From an uncultured delta proteobacterium (GTDB lineage Bacteria; Myxococcota_A; Polyangia; Polyangiales; Polyangiaceae), in assembly GCA_963716725.1 (NCBI GenBank), contig CAVQUB010000007.1, positions 176,722 through 240,721 of the forward strand: a stretch of DNA of 64,000 nt, in the 5' to 3' direction. Under the pieces are notes generated by a model. That model worked only from the letters and a program-made list of their open reading frames with translations, was not told the DNA's origin and ran no database searches. This document shows, piece after piece, positions 55,625-64,000 of this stretch; the first letter of the stretch is position 1, and every line of letters begins with the position of its first letter. The translations under genes were made by a program, and so were the position numbers.

Positions 55625-57598
55625 TCAGGCCTCGGCGTCGCGACCCACGACGCGCAGCACGTGGCCGACTTTGTCGCTGGGATCCAGGCGAACGAAGTTC
55701 CTCGGGCCCTGCCAGGTGTAACGCTCGTTCGTGAGCAGATCCACGACCTGGTAGGGCTGGTGCTGCCCGAGGCCGAGCTCGTCCACCGGCACCTGCACGT
55801 GGGTCTCGTGGGCCGCGTGGGGGTCGGTGTTCACGACGACGATCAGGTCGTCTCCCGGCCAACGCTTCAAGTACGCGAGCACCAGTTCATTCTCGGTCTC
55901 CAGAAAGCGCAAGTTGTCCAAGCGCTGCAGGGCGGGGTGTTCGCGCCGGATGCGGTTCAGGCGGATCACATCTGCCCGGATGTTTCCCGGCGCGCTGAAG
56001 TCACGGTGCTTCAGCTCGTACTTCTCCGAGTCGAGGTACTCCTCGCTTCCGCGGCGCACCGGGACGTTCTCGCACAGCTCGTAACCGCTGTAGATCCCGT
56101 AGCTGGGGCTCAGCGTCGACGCCAAGAGAAGCCGGATGCGGAACGCCGCGCGGCCGCCGTCTTGCAAGTACTCGTGGAGGATGTCCGGCGTGTTCGCGAA
56201 GAAGTTGGGCCGGTAGTACTCGGCCATCTCGCCTTGCGCGAGCTCGGTCAAGTACTCGCGCAGCTCCCACGCGGTGTTCTTCCACGTGAAGTAGGTGTAG
56301 CTCTGGGTGAAGCCGAGCTTGGCGAGCCCTTGCATGCGCCTCGGGCGCGTGAAGGCCTCGGCCAGGAAGAGCACCTCGGGGTGGCGGCGTTGAACCTCGC
56401 GGATCAACCACTCCCAGAAGGCGAAGGGTTTGGTGTGAGGGTTGTCCACGCGGAACACGTGCACGCCTTTGTCGACCCAGAACAGGACCAGGTCGCGGCA
56501 CGCTGTCCAGAGCGCGTGTCGATCGCTGCACCAGAAGTCCAAGGGGTAGATGTCTTCGTACTTCTTGGGTGGGTTTTCGGCGTGGCGCAGGGTGCCGTCC
56601 GGGCGCACGAAGAACCACTCCGGGTGCTCTTCGATCCAAGGATGATCGGGCGAGCACTGCAGCGCGAAGTCGAGGGCAATCTCGAGCCCGTGACTCCGCG
56701 CCGCCTGGGTCAGGTGCACGAAATCGCGGAGGCTGCCCAGCTCCGGATGAACGGCGTCGTGCCCGCCCTCGGCGCCGCCGATGGCCCAGGGGCTGCCAAC
56801 GTCGCCGGGCTGGCCGCTGCGCGCGTTGTTGCGGCCCTTGCGGTGCTTTTCGCCGATGGGGTGGATGGGCGGCAGGTAGATGATGTCGAAGCCCTGCGAT
56901 GCCAAGTCCGGCAGGCGGCGTTCGAGATCCGCGAAGGTCCCGTGCTCTCCGGGCACCGCGGCCTGCGACCGAGGGAAGAGCTCGTACCAAGCCCCGAAGC
57001 GGGCCAGCTCCCGATCGACTACCAGCTCGCGAGTTTCGTAGCGGGTCACGTGCTCGGGATCGAGCGGGCCCGCCATGGCCTCTTCGAGCTTCTTGCTGAA
57101 CGCGACCGCGAGCCTCGCGTCGGTGCTGGCAGACGTGTCGCCCAGCATCTTGACCGCGTGACGGATCTCGGCCGGCGTCTCTCCACCGAGCCACGCCAAG
57201 CGGCGGTGCGCGAGCTGCTCGCCCTCGAGCAACTCGCTGGTGATGTCTTGCTTGGCTTCCAGGCGCTTCTTCAGATCTTCTCGCCAGGTGCGGAAGGGAT
57301 CGGGCCAGGCTTCGATGCTGTACTGCCAGCGCCCGATCTTGTCGGGCACGAAGCGACCGTGCCACTCGTCACGATCGAAGTCGTAGCTCAGGGGCTCCTC
57401 GCGCCAGAGTTGTTCGCCCGGCCCCCGGCACACGAGCTGCGCGCCGATCAGGTCGTGTCCGTCCTTGTAGATGATTGCGCTCACGCGCACGGTGTCGCCC
57501 ATGACGCGCTTGACCGGGTAGCGCCCCCCGTCGAGCTCGGGCTGGATGCGTTCGATCACGACACGGGGCAGATGCGGCGGCGGACGAGTGCTGGACAT
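55625..57598 (-). CDS. glgE: Alpha-1,4-glucan:maltose-1-phosphate maltosyltransferase
   Basis: WYELFPRS, YLPPIHPIG, RKGRNN, ENPPKKYEDIYP, FRVDNPHTKP and NTPDIL. Confidence 0.95.
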   Translation of the reverse strand: MSSTRPPPHLPRVVIERIQPELDGGRYPVKRVMGDTVRVSAIIYKDGHDLIGAQLVCRGPGEQLWREEPLSYDFDRDEWHGRFVPDKIGRWQYSIEAWPDPFRTWREDLKKRLEAKQDITSELLEGEQLAHRRLAWLGGETPAEIRHAVKMLGDTSASTDARLAVAFSKKLEEAMAGPLDPEHVTRYETRELVVDRELARFGAWYELFPRSQAAVPGEHGTFADLERRLPDLASQGFDIIYLPPIHPIGEKHRKGRNNARSGQPGDVGSPWAIGGAEGGHDAVHPELGSLRDFVHLTQAARSHGLEIALDFALQCSPDHPWIEEHPEWFFVRPDGTLRHAENPPKKYEDIYPLDFWCSDRHALWTACRDLVLFWVDKGVHVFRVDNPHTKPFAFWEWLIREVQRRHPEVLFLAEAFTRPRRMQGLAKLGFTQSYTYFTWKNTAWELREYLTELAQGEMAEYYRPNFFANTPDILHEYLQDGGRAAFRIRLLLASTLSPSYGIYSGYELCENVPVRRGSEEYLDSEKYELKHRDFSAPGNIRADVIRLNRIRREHPALQRLDNLRFLETENELVLAYLKRWPGDDLIVVVNTDPHAAHETHVQVPVDELGLGQHQPYQVVDLLTNERYTWQGPRNFVRLDPSDKVGHVLRVVGRDAEA

Positions 57599-57756
57599 GG
57601 CGGCTGGGCCCACCTTCCGGCGCACCGGGTAGAGCGTCAAGGGGATCGGATGCGCAGAGAGTGCCGGTTGGACGCGGCGGCGATCCCAGCGCTTTGCGCG
57701 AACGGATCGCTCTGGTGTACGTCTCCGATGGACCACCACGATCCTTCGCGCCTGCG

Positions 57757-59715
57757 ATGCCCGAGAGCCCCGCTGAAACACCGCCCGGTCGGACGAGCGC
57801 CCACGCTGCGCACCTCGCGGCTTGGCTCTGGATCGCCGTCGTGCACGCGATCGTGCTCGCGCTGCGCTTGCCATCGGGCCTGCCGCGGCTGACCTGGCTG
57901 TACTCGCAGGGCTTCGTCTTTGCGCACACGCTCGTCTTCGGAACCGTCATCGCCGCGGGCCTGTGGCTGTGGTCGAAGCTGCCGTCGTGGCGTTTGCGCC
58001 TCGCTCCGGTGATGGGCGTTGCGGTCGCCTTTGCCGTGTGCTGGGTAGCGCTGCGCGACGACTTCTCCGGTGTGGTGACGCGTCTGCCCGCCGGCGTTTC
58101 GCCTGTGATTTGGCATTCGCTGTTGGCCTTCGTGGTGGCGATGGCTCTGGCCTTGGGTCACGCAGTCGGGGGGCTGCTGCAGCGTTGGTGGTGGCGCGTC
58201 GCCGTGCTCGTCGCCGCGACGACGGCGACGGTGGCGCACGCCAGGCTGTTCCCGCTGGCCTATCCGGGAGTTCACCTGGTCGTAGCCCTCGGCGCGGGGC
58301 TGGGTCTCGCCGGCGCCCTCACAGGAGTGCCGCTGCCGCGCCCGCTGCCGCGCTGGGCCGCCCGAGCTTGTGCCGGTGCGGCCCTCGCAATTTCGGTGGC
58401 CGGGTTCGTCGCGCGTCCCTCCAATCGCACTTTGATTGAGCTGTCGCACCAGCCGGTTGCGGTGCTGATGCCCTTCATCGCACCGTACTTCAGCGAGCGG
58501 GCCACGCCCTTCCGGGTGGCGCCGGATCAGCGGGAGTGGTTCGTCGATCGTTCGCGCCTCGGCGTCGTGGCGCCTTCCGGCGAAAACCCGCTGCCGCGCG
58601 ACGCCATCGTGCTGATGATCGGCGTCGACTCGCTCCGAGCAGATCTGGTGGCGGACGAGTCCCGGCGCGCGCTGATGCCCAACTTCTTTGCGCTGCGCGA
58701 CGCGGGGGTGTGGTTCACCAACGTGCGTTCCGCGGGGACCTCGACCGCGCCCGCCATCGCGTCGCTCTTCGCCAGCCGGTACTACTCGCAGCTGCACTGG
58801 ACCGAGTACACGAAGCGCCGGCCCGAGGTTTTTCCGCACACCGACGCCTCGCCGCGCTTCCCCGAGGTGTTGGCCGCCCAGCAGATCCCCACGGTAACCG
58901 TCGACACGGCGGGCTGGCTCTTGAACGAGTTCGGCATCGTGCGCGGCTTCACCGAGGAGCAGACCGCCCGGCTGCGCGGCTACCCCAGCGCCCAGGAGGC
59001 CGGTCGGCGCATGCGCGAGCGCATCGCCAAGCACGAGGGCGGCGCGATGTTTGCGTTCATCCACTTTCTCGACGCCCACGCGCCGTACATCGGAGCGGGC
59101 AAGAAGGCGGCGCCCTTCGACGGCTATCTGGCGTCGCTGGCCCAAGTCGACGCCGAGATCGGCGAGTGGGTGAAGACCGTGCGCGAGCGCGGCCTCGAGG
59201 GTCGCGTGGTCTGGGTCCTGCTGTCGGATCACGGAGAGGCGTTCGGCGAGCACGGGCTCACCTTTCACGCCAACAGCCTCTACGACGAACTCTTGCGGGT
59301 TCCGCTGGTGATCACCGCGCGAGGTCTCGCGCCGCGCCGGGTCGATGTCCCGGTCAGCTTGGTGGACGTCGGGCCCACCATCATCGACGCCTACGGGCTC
59401 CGCACGCCGTCCAGCATGATGGGTCAGAGCCTGCTGCCGTTCTTGGCGGGCAAGTCCCGGGTGCTCTCGCGTCCGATCTTGGCCGAGGCGCAGCTGAAGC
59501 GCGCCCTGGTCACGCCGGAAGCCGTCAAGGTCATCCACGACACGCGGCGCAAGACCCTCGAGATCTACGATCTCATCCGGGACCCAGCGGAGCTCGACAA
59601 CCTGATCGAGAGCGCGCCCGGCCGGCACGCAGAGCTGCCGGGGACGCTCGCGCACTTCTTCGAAGTGCACACCTTCCGCGCGCCGGGCTACGAAGTGCCG
59701 TTTCGGCGCTGGTGA
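57757..59715 (+). CDS. Membrane-anchored sulfatase/alkaline-phosphatase superfamily protein
   Basis: N-terminal TM helices, GVDSLRAD, TSTAP, DAHAPY, SDHGEAFGEHG and YDL..DPAE..NL. Confidence 0.85.
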   Translation: MPESPAETPPGRTSAHAAHLAAWLWIAVVHAIVLALRLPSGLPRLTWLYSQGFVFAHTLVFGTVIAAGLWLWSKLPSWRLRLAPVMGVAVAFAVCWVALRDDFSGVVTRLPAGVSPVIWHSLLAFVVAMALALGHAVGGLLQRWWWRVAVLVAATTATVAHARLFPLAYPGVHLVVALGAGLGLAGALTGVPLPRPLPRWAARACAGAALAISVAGFVARPSNRTLIELSHQPVAVLMPFIAPYFSERATPFRVAPDQREWFVDRSRLGVVAPSGENPLPRDAIVLMIGVDSLRADLVADESRRALMPNFFALRDAGVWFTNVRSAGTSTAPAIASLFASRYYSQLHWTEYTKRRPEVFPHTDASPRFPEVLAAQQIPTVTVDTAGWLLNEFGIVRGFTEEQTARLRGYPSAQEAGRRMRERIAKHEGGAMFAFIHFLDAHAPYIGAGKKAAPFDGYLASLAQVDAEIGEWVKTVRERGLEGRVVWVLLSDHGEAFGEHGLTFHANSLYDELLRVPLVITARGLAPRRVDVPVSLVDVGPTIIDAYGLRTPSSMMGQSLLPFLAGKSRVLSRPILAEAQLKRALVTPEAVKVIHDTRRKTLEIYDLIRDPAELDNLIESAPGRHAELPGTLAHFFEVHTFRAPGYEVPFRRW

Positions 59716-59739
59716 GGCGCTCACCCCCGAAGCGTGCGT

Positions 59740-60930
59740 TCAGAGTTTGAACAGCCAGCCTTGTTCGACGGACAACTCATCGTCGACGCCACCCCAGAGC
59801 AGAGCCCGCTTCCCGTCGCCGAAGGCGGTGAACGTGGCTTGACTCCGCGGCCCTGGGGCACATTCATCGAGCGGCAACAGCTCCCACGTGTCCGTCGCCG
59901 TGTCGTAGATCCCTCCGTCGCCCAATTCTATTAGGCCGGCGGAGCCGCCGAACACGACGAGCTTTGCGCCGAGCATCACGGCACGGTGCCCCCGGCGGGG
60001 GCCCGGCGCATTCGTGTTGCCCATGGGCTTCCAAATCCCGGCGAGAGAGTAGCGTGCACCGTCAGCGAGATCCGCCGCGCCGGACCCTCCCCAAACGATG
60101 AACTCATCGGTGACACGCGACCAGGTCAGGGTCGCGCTCGTACGGGGGCTCGGCGCTCCCTCGGACGGCATCGTCCACCAGCTCTCGGAGTTGGGATCGA
60201 AGCCGTAGCCCAAGTTGGGGGTGCCGCCGAGACTGCCGACGAACACCGCGGGTCCGACCTCTGGCCCGCCGCGCGCGAGCGCGGGTGGCTCTCCGAGCCA
60301 GGCGGCAGCTGGAGCATCGATCACCGGGGACCAGCTGTCGCCGTCGGGATGCCAAAACGCGCCGTCGGTCTCCGGGCCGTCGTCGCCATATCCGCTCCAC
60401 ACCAGCCAGCGCCCGCCGACCACCCCCGACAACGGGGTGTGTCGCGGACCCAGCAGTCCGCCAGCGTTCGACAACGGAGACCACTGCTCGGTGTTCAGGG
60501 CGAGCCAGCCGCCGTCATCGAGGTTCGCGACGGCGCCAATTCCGCCCCAGACGACCAGTCGATCGCCGATCACCTCGAGCGCGTGCGCGCTGCGCGGCTG
60601 CGGCGCGCCTGCGAGGGGGAGCGCGTGCACCGAGCCATCCGAAGAAACCCGCCAGCCGGTCCCAAGCCGAGCGCTGCCATGCTCCGTCGTCCCTCCCCAG
60701 ATCAGGATCTGATCGCCGCGCCAGGACACCGCGGGGTGTCCCCGCCGCACAGTGGCTCCCGGCGGCGCGGCGAGCCGGGTCCAGTGCTTGCCTGCGCACT
60801 CGATCGCGGTTGCCCCGGCCGCACCGCCTGCGCCACCCGCGCCCCCGCCGCCAGCGCTGCCGTTGTCACGGCTGGTCTGCCCACAGGCCATGACGGCGGC
60901 GGCGGCGAGCAGTGCCAGCGTCCTGGTCAT
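59740..60930 (-). CDS. Kelch-repeat (beta-propeller) lipoprotein, copy 1
   Basis: Lipobox VMAC, repeated PR..H....W.G/LVVWGG...W motifs. Confidence 0.85.
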   Translation of the reverse strand: MTRTLALLAAAAVMACGQTSRDNGSAGGGGAGGAGGAAGATAIECAGKHWTRLAAPPGATVRRGHPAVSWRGDQILIWGGTTEHGSARLGTGWRVSSDGSVHALPLAGAPQPRSAHALEVIGDRLVVWGGIGAVANLDDGGWLALNTEQWSPLSNAGGLLGPRHTPLSGVVGGRWLVWSGYGDDGPETDGAFWHPDGDSWSPVIDAPAAAWLGEPPALARGGPEVGPAVFVGSLGGTPNLGYGFDPNSESWWTMPSEGAPSPRTSATLTWSRVTDEFIVWGGSGAADLADGARYSLAGIWKPMGNTNAPGPRRGHRAVMLGAKLVVFGGSAGLIELGDGGIYDTATDTWELLPLDECAPGPRSQATFTAFGDGKRALLWGGVDDELSVEQGWLFKL

Positions 60931-61232
60931 CTCGGGTTTCCGCAATAGCTCATGGCGACGAGGGTCGCGCCGAAGGTGTTCTCGCACTGCAACCTCGACA
61001 TGAACTGGAATTGGTTGCCCATTGGAGTGGCTAGGGAGCAACAGACCTTGTCGCACTTGACGTCCGGGCGGACACGCTCGTCGGGGCACTCGTCCAACGG
61101 TTTGAATCTCCCGATGAGCGGGATCTGCGAGACCGCGGTGAAAGGCCTAGCCGATTCTCAACCGGTGCACGGCACCGAGCGTGCCCTGCCTGCCTGCCTG
61201 CCTGCGTGATTCACTTTCCGCTCGCTCGACAT
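60927..61232 (-). other. Unannotated Cys-rich small ORF with an in-frame TGA at codon 25 (or a 56-aa peptide from TTG 61097), copy 1
   Basis: AAGGAGG RBS before ATG 61232 and CTG-stop at 61158-60. The frame continues to ...CPDERVRPDVKCDKVCCSL...QCENT...YCGNPR, whose stop overlaps the kelch ATG (ATGA). Confidence 0.5.
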
Positions 61233-61308
61233 GAGGCCTCCTTGATGACGTAGACGATGCCAACAGAGCAGCCGGCCTCGGTCAAGTTGCCCTTGGATGC
61301 CGCGCCCC

Positions 61309-61733
61309 TCACCCCCGCAGCATGCGCTGCGCCTTGCGCATGAACAGCGGCGAGAACCCGGCCTGCACCAGGGTCAGGGCGCAGGCCCAAGACAGCGTCG
61401 TGGCTGCGATGGCCGCCGCCTGCTCCTCGGGTGCGCCCGGCGCGTAGCCGGCCAGGAGCTGCAGCGCGATCAAGTCGCGGGTGCCGACGCCCTGGGGCGT
61501 GATCGGCAAGGCGGTGACCAGCATCACGATCGGGATGTAGACCAACGCGTCTTTGAGCGGGATCTGGACGCCGAAGAACGCAAAGGGCACCCAGGTGCCG
61601 ATGAACAGCACCACGACGTGCGGCACGCGGTAGACCAGCGCGAGCAAGTGGCCGCGCACGCCCGACTCGACGAGCACTTGTGTCGCCTGACGCGCTCGCA
61701 TGATCTTGGGCTTGAGCGCGATCAGCGCCATCA
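61309..61733 (-). pseudogene. 3' fragment of a lysylphosphatidylglycerol-synthase-TM/flippase-like membrane protein, truncated by the duplication junction
   Basis: LPITPQGVGTRD motif and TM helices. The 5' part is replaced by sulfatase antisense sequence. Confidence 0.65.
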
Positions 61734-61981
61734 CGCGCCCGATCTTGGCCGAGGCGCAGCTGAAACGGGCTCTGGTCACGCCGGAAGCCGTCAAGGTCAT
61801 CCACGACACGCGGCGCAAGACCCTCGAGATCTACGATCTCATCCGGGACCCAGCGGAGCTCGACAACCTGATCGAGAGCGCGCCCGGCCGGCACGCGGAG
61901 CTGCCCCGCACGCTCGCGCATTTCTTCGAAGTGCACACCTTCCGCGCGCCGGGCTACGAAGTGCCGTTTCGGCGCTGGTGA
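61734..61981 (+). pseudogene. Duplicated 3' fragment of the sulfatase-like gene
   Basis: RPILAEAQLKRALVTPE...YEVPFRRW is nearly identical to the end of 57757-59715. Confidence 0.85.
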
Positions 61982-62005
61982 GGCGCTCACCCCCGAAGCG
62001 TGCGT

Positions 62006-63202
62006 TCAGAGTTTGAACAGCCAGCCTTGTTCGACGGACAACTCATCGTCGACGCCACCCCACAGCAGAGCACGCTTTCCGTCGCCGAAGGCGGTGAACG
62101 TGGCTTGACTCCGCGGCCCTGGGGCACATTCATCGAGCGGCAACAGCTCCCACGTGTCCGTCGCCGTGTCGTAGATCCCTCCGTCGCCCAATTCTATTAG
62201 GCCGGCGGAGCCGCCGAACACGACGAGCTTTGCGCCGAGCATCACGGCACGGTGCCCCCGGCGGGGGCCCGGCGCATTCGTGTTGCCCATGGGCTTCCAA
62301 ATCCCGGCGAGAGAGTAGCGTGCGCCGTCAGCGAGATCCGCCGCGCCGGACCCTCCCCAAACGATGAACTCATCGGTGACACGCGACCAGGTCAGGGTCG
62401 CGCTCGTACGGGGGCTCGGCGCTCCCTCGGACGGCATCGTCCACCAGCTCTCGGAGTTGGGATCGAAGCCGTAGCCCAAGTTGGGGGTGCCGCCGAGACT
62501 GCCGACGAACACCGCGGGTCCGACCTCTGGCCCGCCGCGCGCGAGCGCGGGTGGCTCTCCGAGCCAGGCGGCAGCTGGAGCATCGATCACCGGGGACCAG
62601 CTGTCGCCGTCGGGATGCCAAAACGCGCCGTCGGTCTCCGGGCCGTCGTCGCCATATCCGCTCCACACCAGCCAGCGCCCGCCGACCACCCCCGACAACG
62701 GGGTGTGTCGCGGACCCAGCAGTCCGCCAGCGTTCGACAACGGAGACCACTCGTCGGTGTTCAGGGCAAGCCAGCCGCCATCATCGAGCTTTTCGCCGAC
62801 TCCATCTCCGCCCCAGACGACCAGCCGATCGTCGATCACGTCGAGCGCGTGCGCGCTGCGCGGCTGCGGCGCGCCTGTGGCAGGGAGCGCGTGCACCGAT
62901 CCATCGGAGAAGATCCGCCAACCGGTCCCGATGCGCGAGCCGGGACCGCTGCTGCCGCCTCCCCAGATCAGGACCTGATCGCTGCGCCAGGCCACGGCTG
63001 GGTGCCCGTGCCGAACCGTGGCGCCCGGCGGTGGGGCGAGCCGCGTCCAGTGCTTGCCCGCGCACTCGATGGCGATTGCCCCTGCCGTACCACCGCTGCC
63101 CGCCGCGCCCGTTCCTCCGCCCCCGGCGTTGCCGTTGTCACGGCTGGTTTGCCCACAGGCCATGGCGGCGGCGGCGGCGAGCAGTGCCAGGGCTCTGGTC
63201 AT
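62006..63202 (-). CDS. Kelch-repeat lipoprotein, copy 2 (N-terminal blades diverged)
   Basis: Lipobox AMAC. The C-terminal ~250 aa are identical to copy 1. Confidence 0.85.
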   Translation of the reverse strand: MTRALALLAAAAAMACGQTSRDNGNAGGGGTGAAGSGGTAGAIAIECAGKHWTRLAPPPGATVRHGHPAVAWRSDQVLIWGGGSSGPGSRIGTGWRIFSDGSVHALPATGAPQPRSAHALDVIDDRLVVWGGDGVGEKLDDGGWLALNTDEWSPLSNAGGLLGPRHTPLSGVVGGRWLVWSGYGDDGPETDGAFWHPDGDSWSPVIDAPAAAWLGEPPALARGGPEVGPAVFVGSLGGTPNLGYGFDPNSESWWTMPSEGAPSPRTSATLTWSRVTDEFIVWGGSGAADLADGARYSLAGIWKPMGNTNAPGPRRGHRAVMLGAKLVVFGGSAGLIELGDGGIYDTATDTWELLPLDECAPGPRSQATFTAFGDGKRALLWGGVDDELSVEQGWLFKL

Positions 63203-63504
63203 CTCGGGTTTTCGCAATAGCTCATGGCGACGAGGGTCGCGCCAAAGGTGTTCTCGCACTGCAACCTCGACATGAACTGGAATTGGTTGCCCATTGGAGT
63301 GGCGAGGGAGCAACAGACCTTGTCGCACTTGGGGTCCGGGCGGACACGCTCGTCGGGGCACTCGTCCAACGGTTTGAATCTCCCGATGAGCGGGATCTGC
63401 GAGACCGCGGTGAAAGGCCTAGCCGATTCTCAACCGGTGCACGGCACCGAGCGTGCCCTGCCTGCCTGCCTGCCTGCGTGATTCACTTTCCGCTCGCTCG
63501 ACAT
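63199..63504 (-). other. Cys-rich small ORF with in-frame TGA, copy 2
   Basis: Same RBS and ATG, TGA at 63430-32, and all Cys conserved. V->P and G->E changes plus two silent changes. Confidence 0.5.
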
Positions 63505-63580
63505 GAGGCCTCCTTGATGACGTAGACGATGCCAACAGAGCAGCCGGCCTCGGTCAAGTTGCCCTTGGATGCCGCGCCCC

Positions 63581-64000
63581 TCACCCCCGCAGCATGCGCT
63601 GCGCCTTGCGCATGAACAGCGGCGAGAACCCGGCCTGCACCAGGGTCAGGGCGCAGGCCCAAGACAGCGTCGTGGCTGCGATGGCCGCCGCCTGCTCCTC
63701 GGGTGCGCCCGGCGCGTAGCCGGCCAGGAGCTGCAGCGCGATCAAGTCGCGGGTGCCGACGCCCTGGGGCGTGATCGGCAAGGCGGTGACCAGCATCACG
63801 ATCGGGATGTAGACCAACGCGTCTTTGAGCGGGATCTGGACGCCGAAGAACGCAAAGGGCACCCAGGTGCCGATGAACAGCACCACGACGTGCGGCACGC
63901 GGTAGACCAGCGCGAGCAAGTGGCCGCGCACGCCCGACTCGACGAGCACCTGCGTTGCCTGCCGCGCTCGCATGATCTTGGGCTTGAGCGCGATCAGCGC
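63581..64000 (-). CDS. Flippase-like/LPG-synthase-TM membrane protein, 5'-partial
   Basis: Same LPITPQGVGTRD-containing C-terminus. The frame runs to the window edge. Confidence 0.65.
   Translation of the reverse strand, partial: ALIALKPKIMRARQATQVLVESGVRGHLLALVYRVPHVVVLFIGTWVPFAFFGVQIPLKDALVYIPIVMLVTALPITPQGVGTRDLIALQLLAGYAPGAPEEQAAAIAATTLSWACALTLVQAGFSPLFMRKAQRMLRG

Larger units (their letters stand above)
59468..64000. repeat. ~2.27-kb direct tandem duplication (copy 1 ~59468-61733, copy 2 ~61734 to beyond the window end)
   Basis: Sequences align at offset 2266, then 2272 after a net 6-bp indel. The unit comprises the sulfatase 3' end, the kelch gene, a small ORF and a flippase-like 3' end. 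Confidence 0.95.

Noticed and set aside
60952..61209. Plus-strand 85-aa ORF (and its copy at 63224-63481)
   Set aside because: No clear RBS and opposite to the local operon. The minus-strand frame has an RBS and ATGA coupling. Not fully excluded, because both frames share third codon positions.
59740..63202. Diversity-generating retroelement as the source of the kelch variants
   Set aside because: No reverse transcriptase in the window. Differences are not adenine-specific and include an indel.

Overview
Very GC-rich bacterial DNA with a myxobacterial (Polyangiaceae/Sorangiineae-like) gene repertoire: a MYXO-CTERM protein, many Gly/Cys-rich lipoproteins and a sigma54-type promoter. The taxonomy is inferred from gene families only. 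Most of the window is densely coding housekeeping or envelope DNA (tamB, queD, ttcA, LeuA-family enzyme, gdh, hppA, zwf-opcA-pgl, ugd, glgE-glgX...glgB). Three accessory segments stand out. (1) An IS630-family element (40815-42545, TA duplication inside CTAG) has its transposase split at a (CT)5C tract and carries a nested GxxExxY nuclease-fold gene bracketed by its own ~33-bp inverted repeats. (2) An insert between glgX and glgB holds a BsuBI/PstI-type R-M pair, a trypsin-like protease, a kelch remnant and an internally deleted gene copy. (3) A ~2.27-kb mosaic tandem duplication at the right end encodes two kelch lipoprotein variants that differ mostly in their first propeller blades, each preceded by an unannotated Cys-rich small ORF with an in-frame CxxTGA. 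Several small indels (hppA, glgB, GxxExxY gene, transposase) suggest residual sequencing or assembly error, so frameshift-based inferences are tentative. No rRNA, tRNA or CRISPR array was seen.
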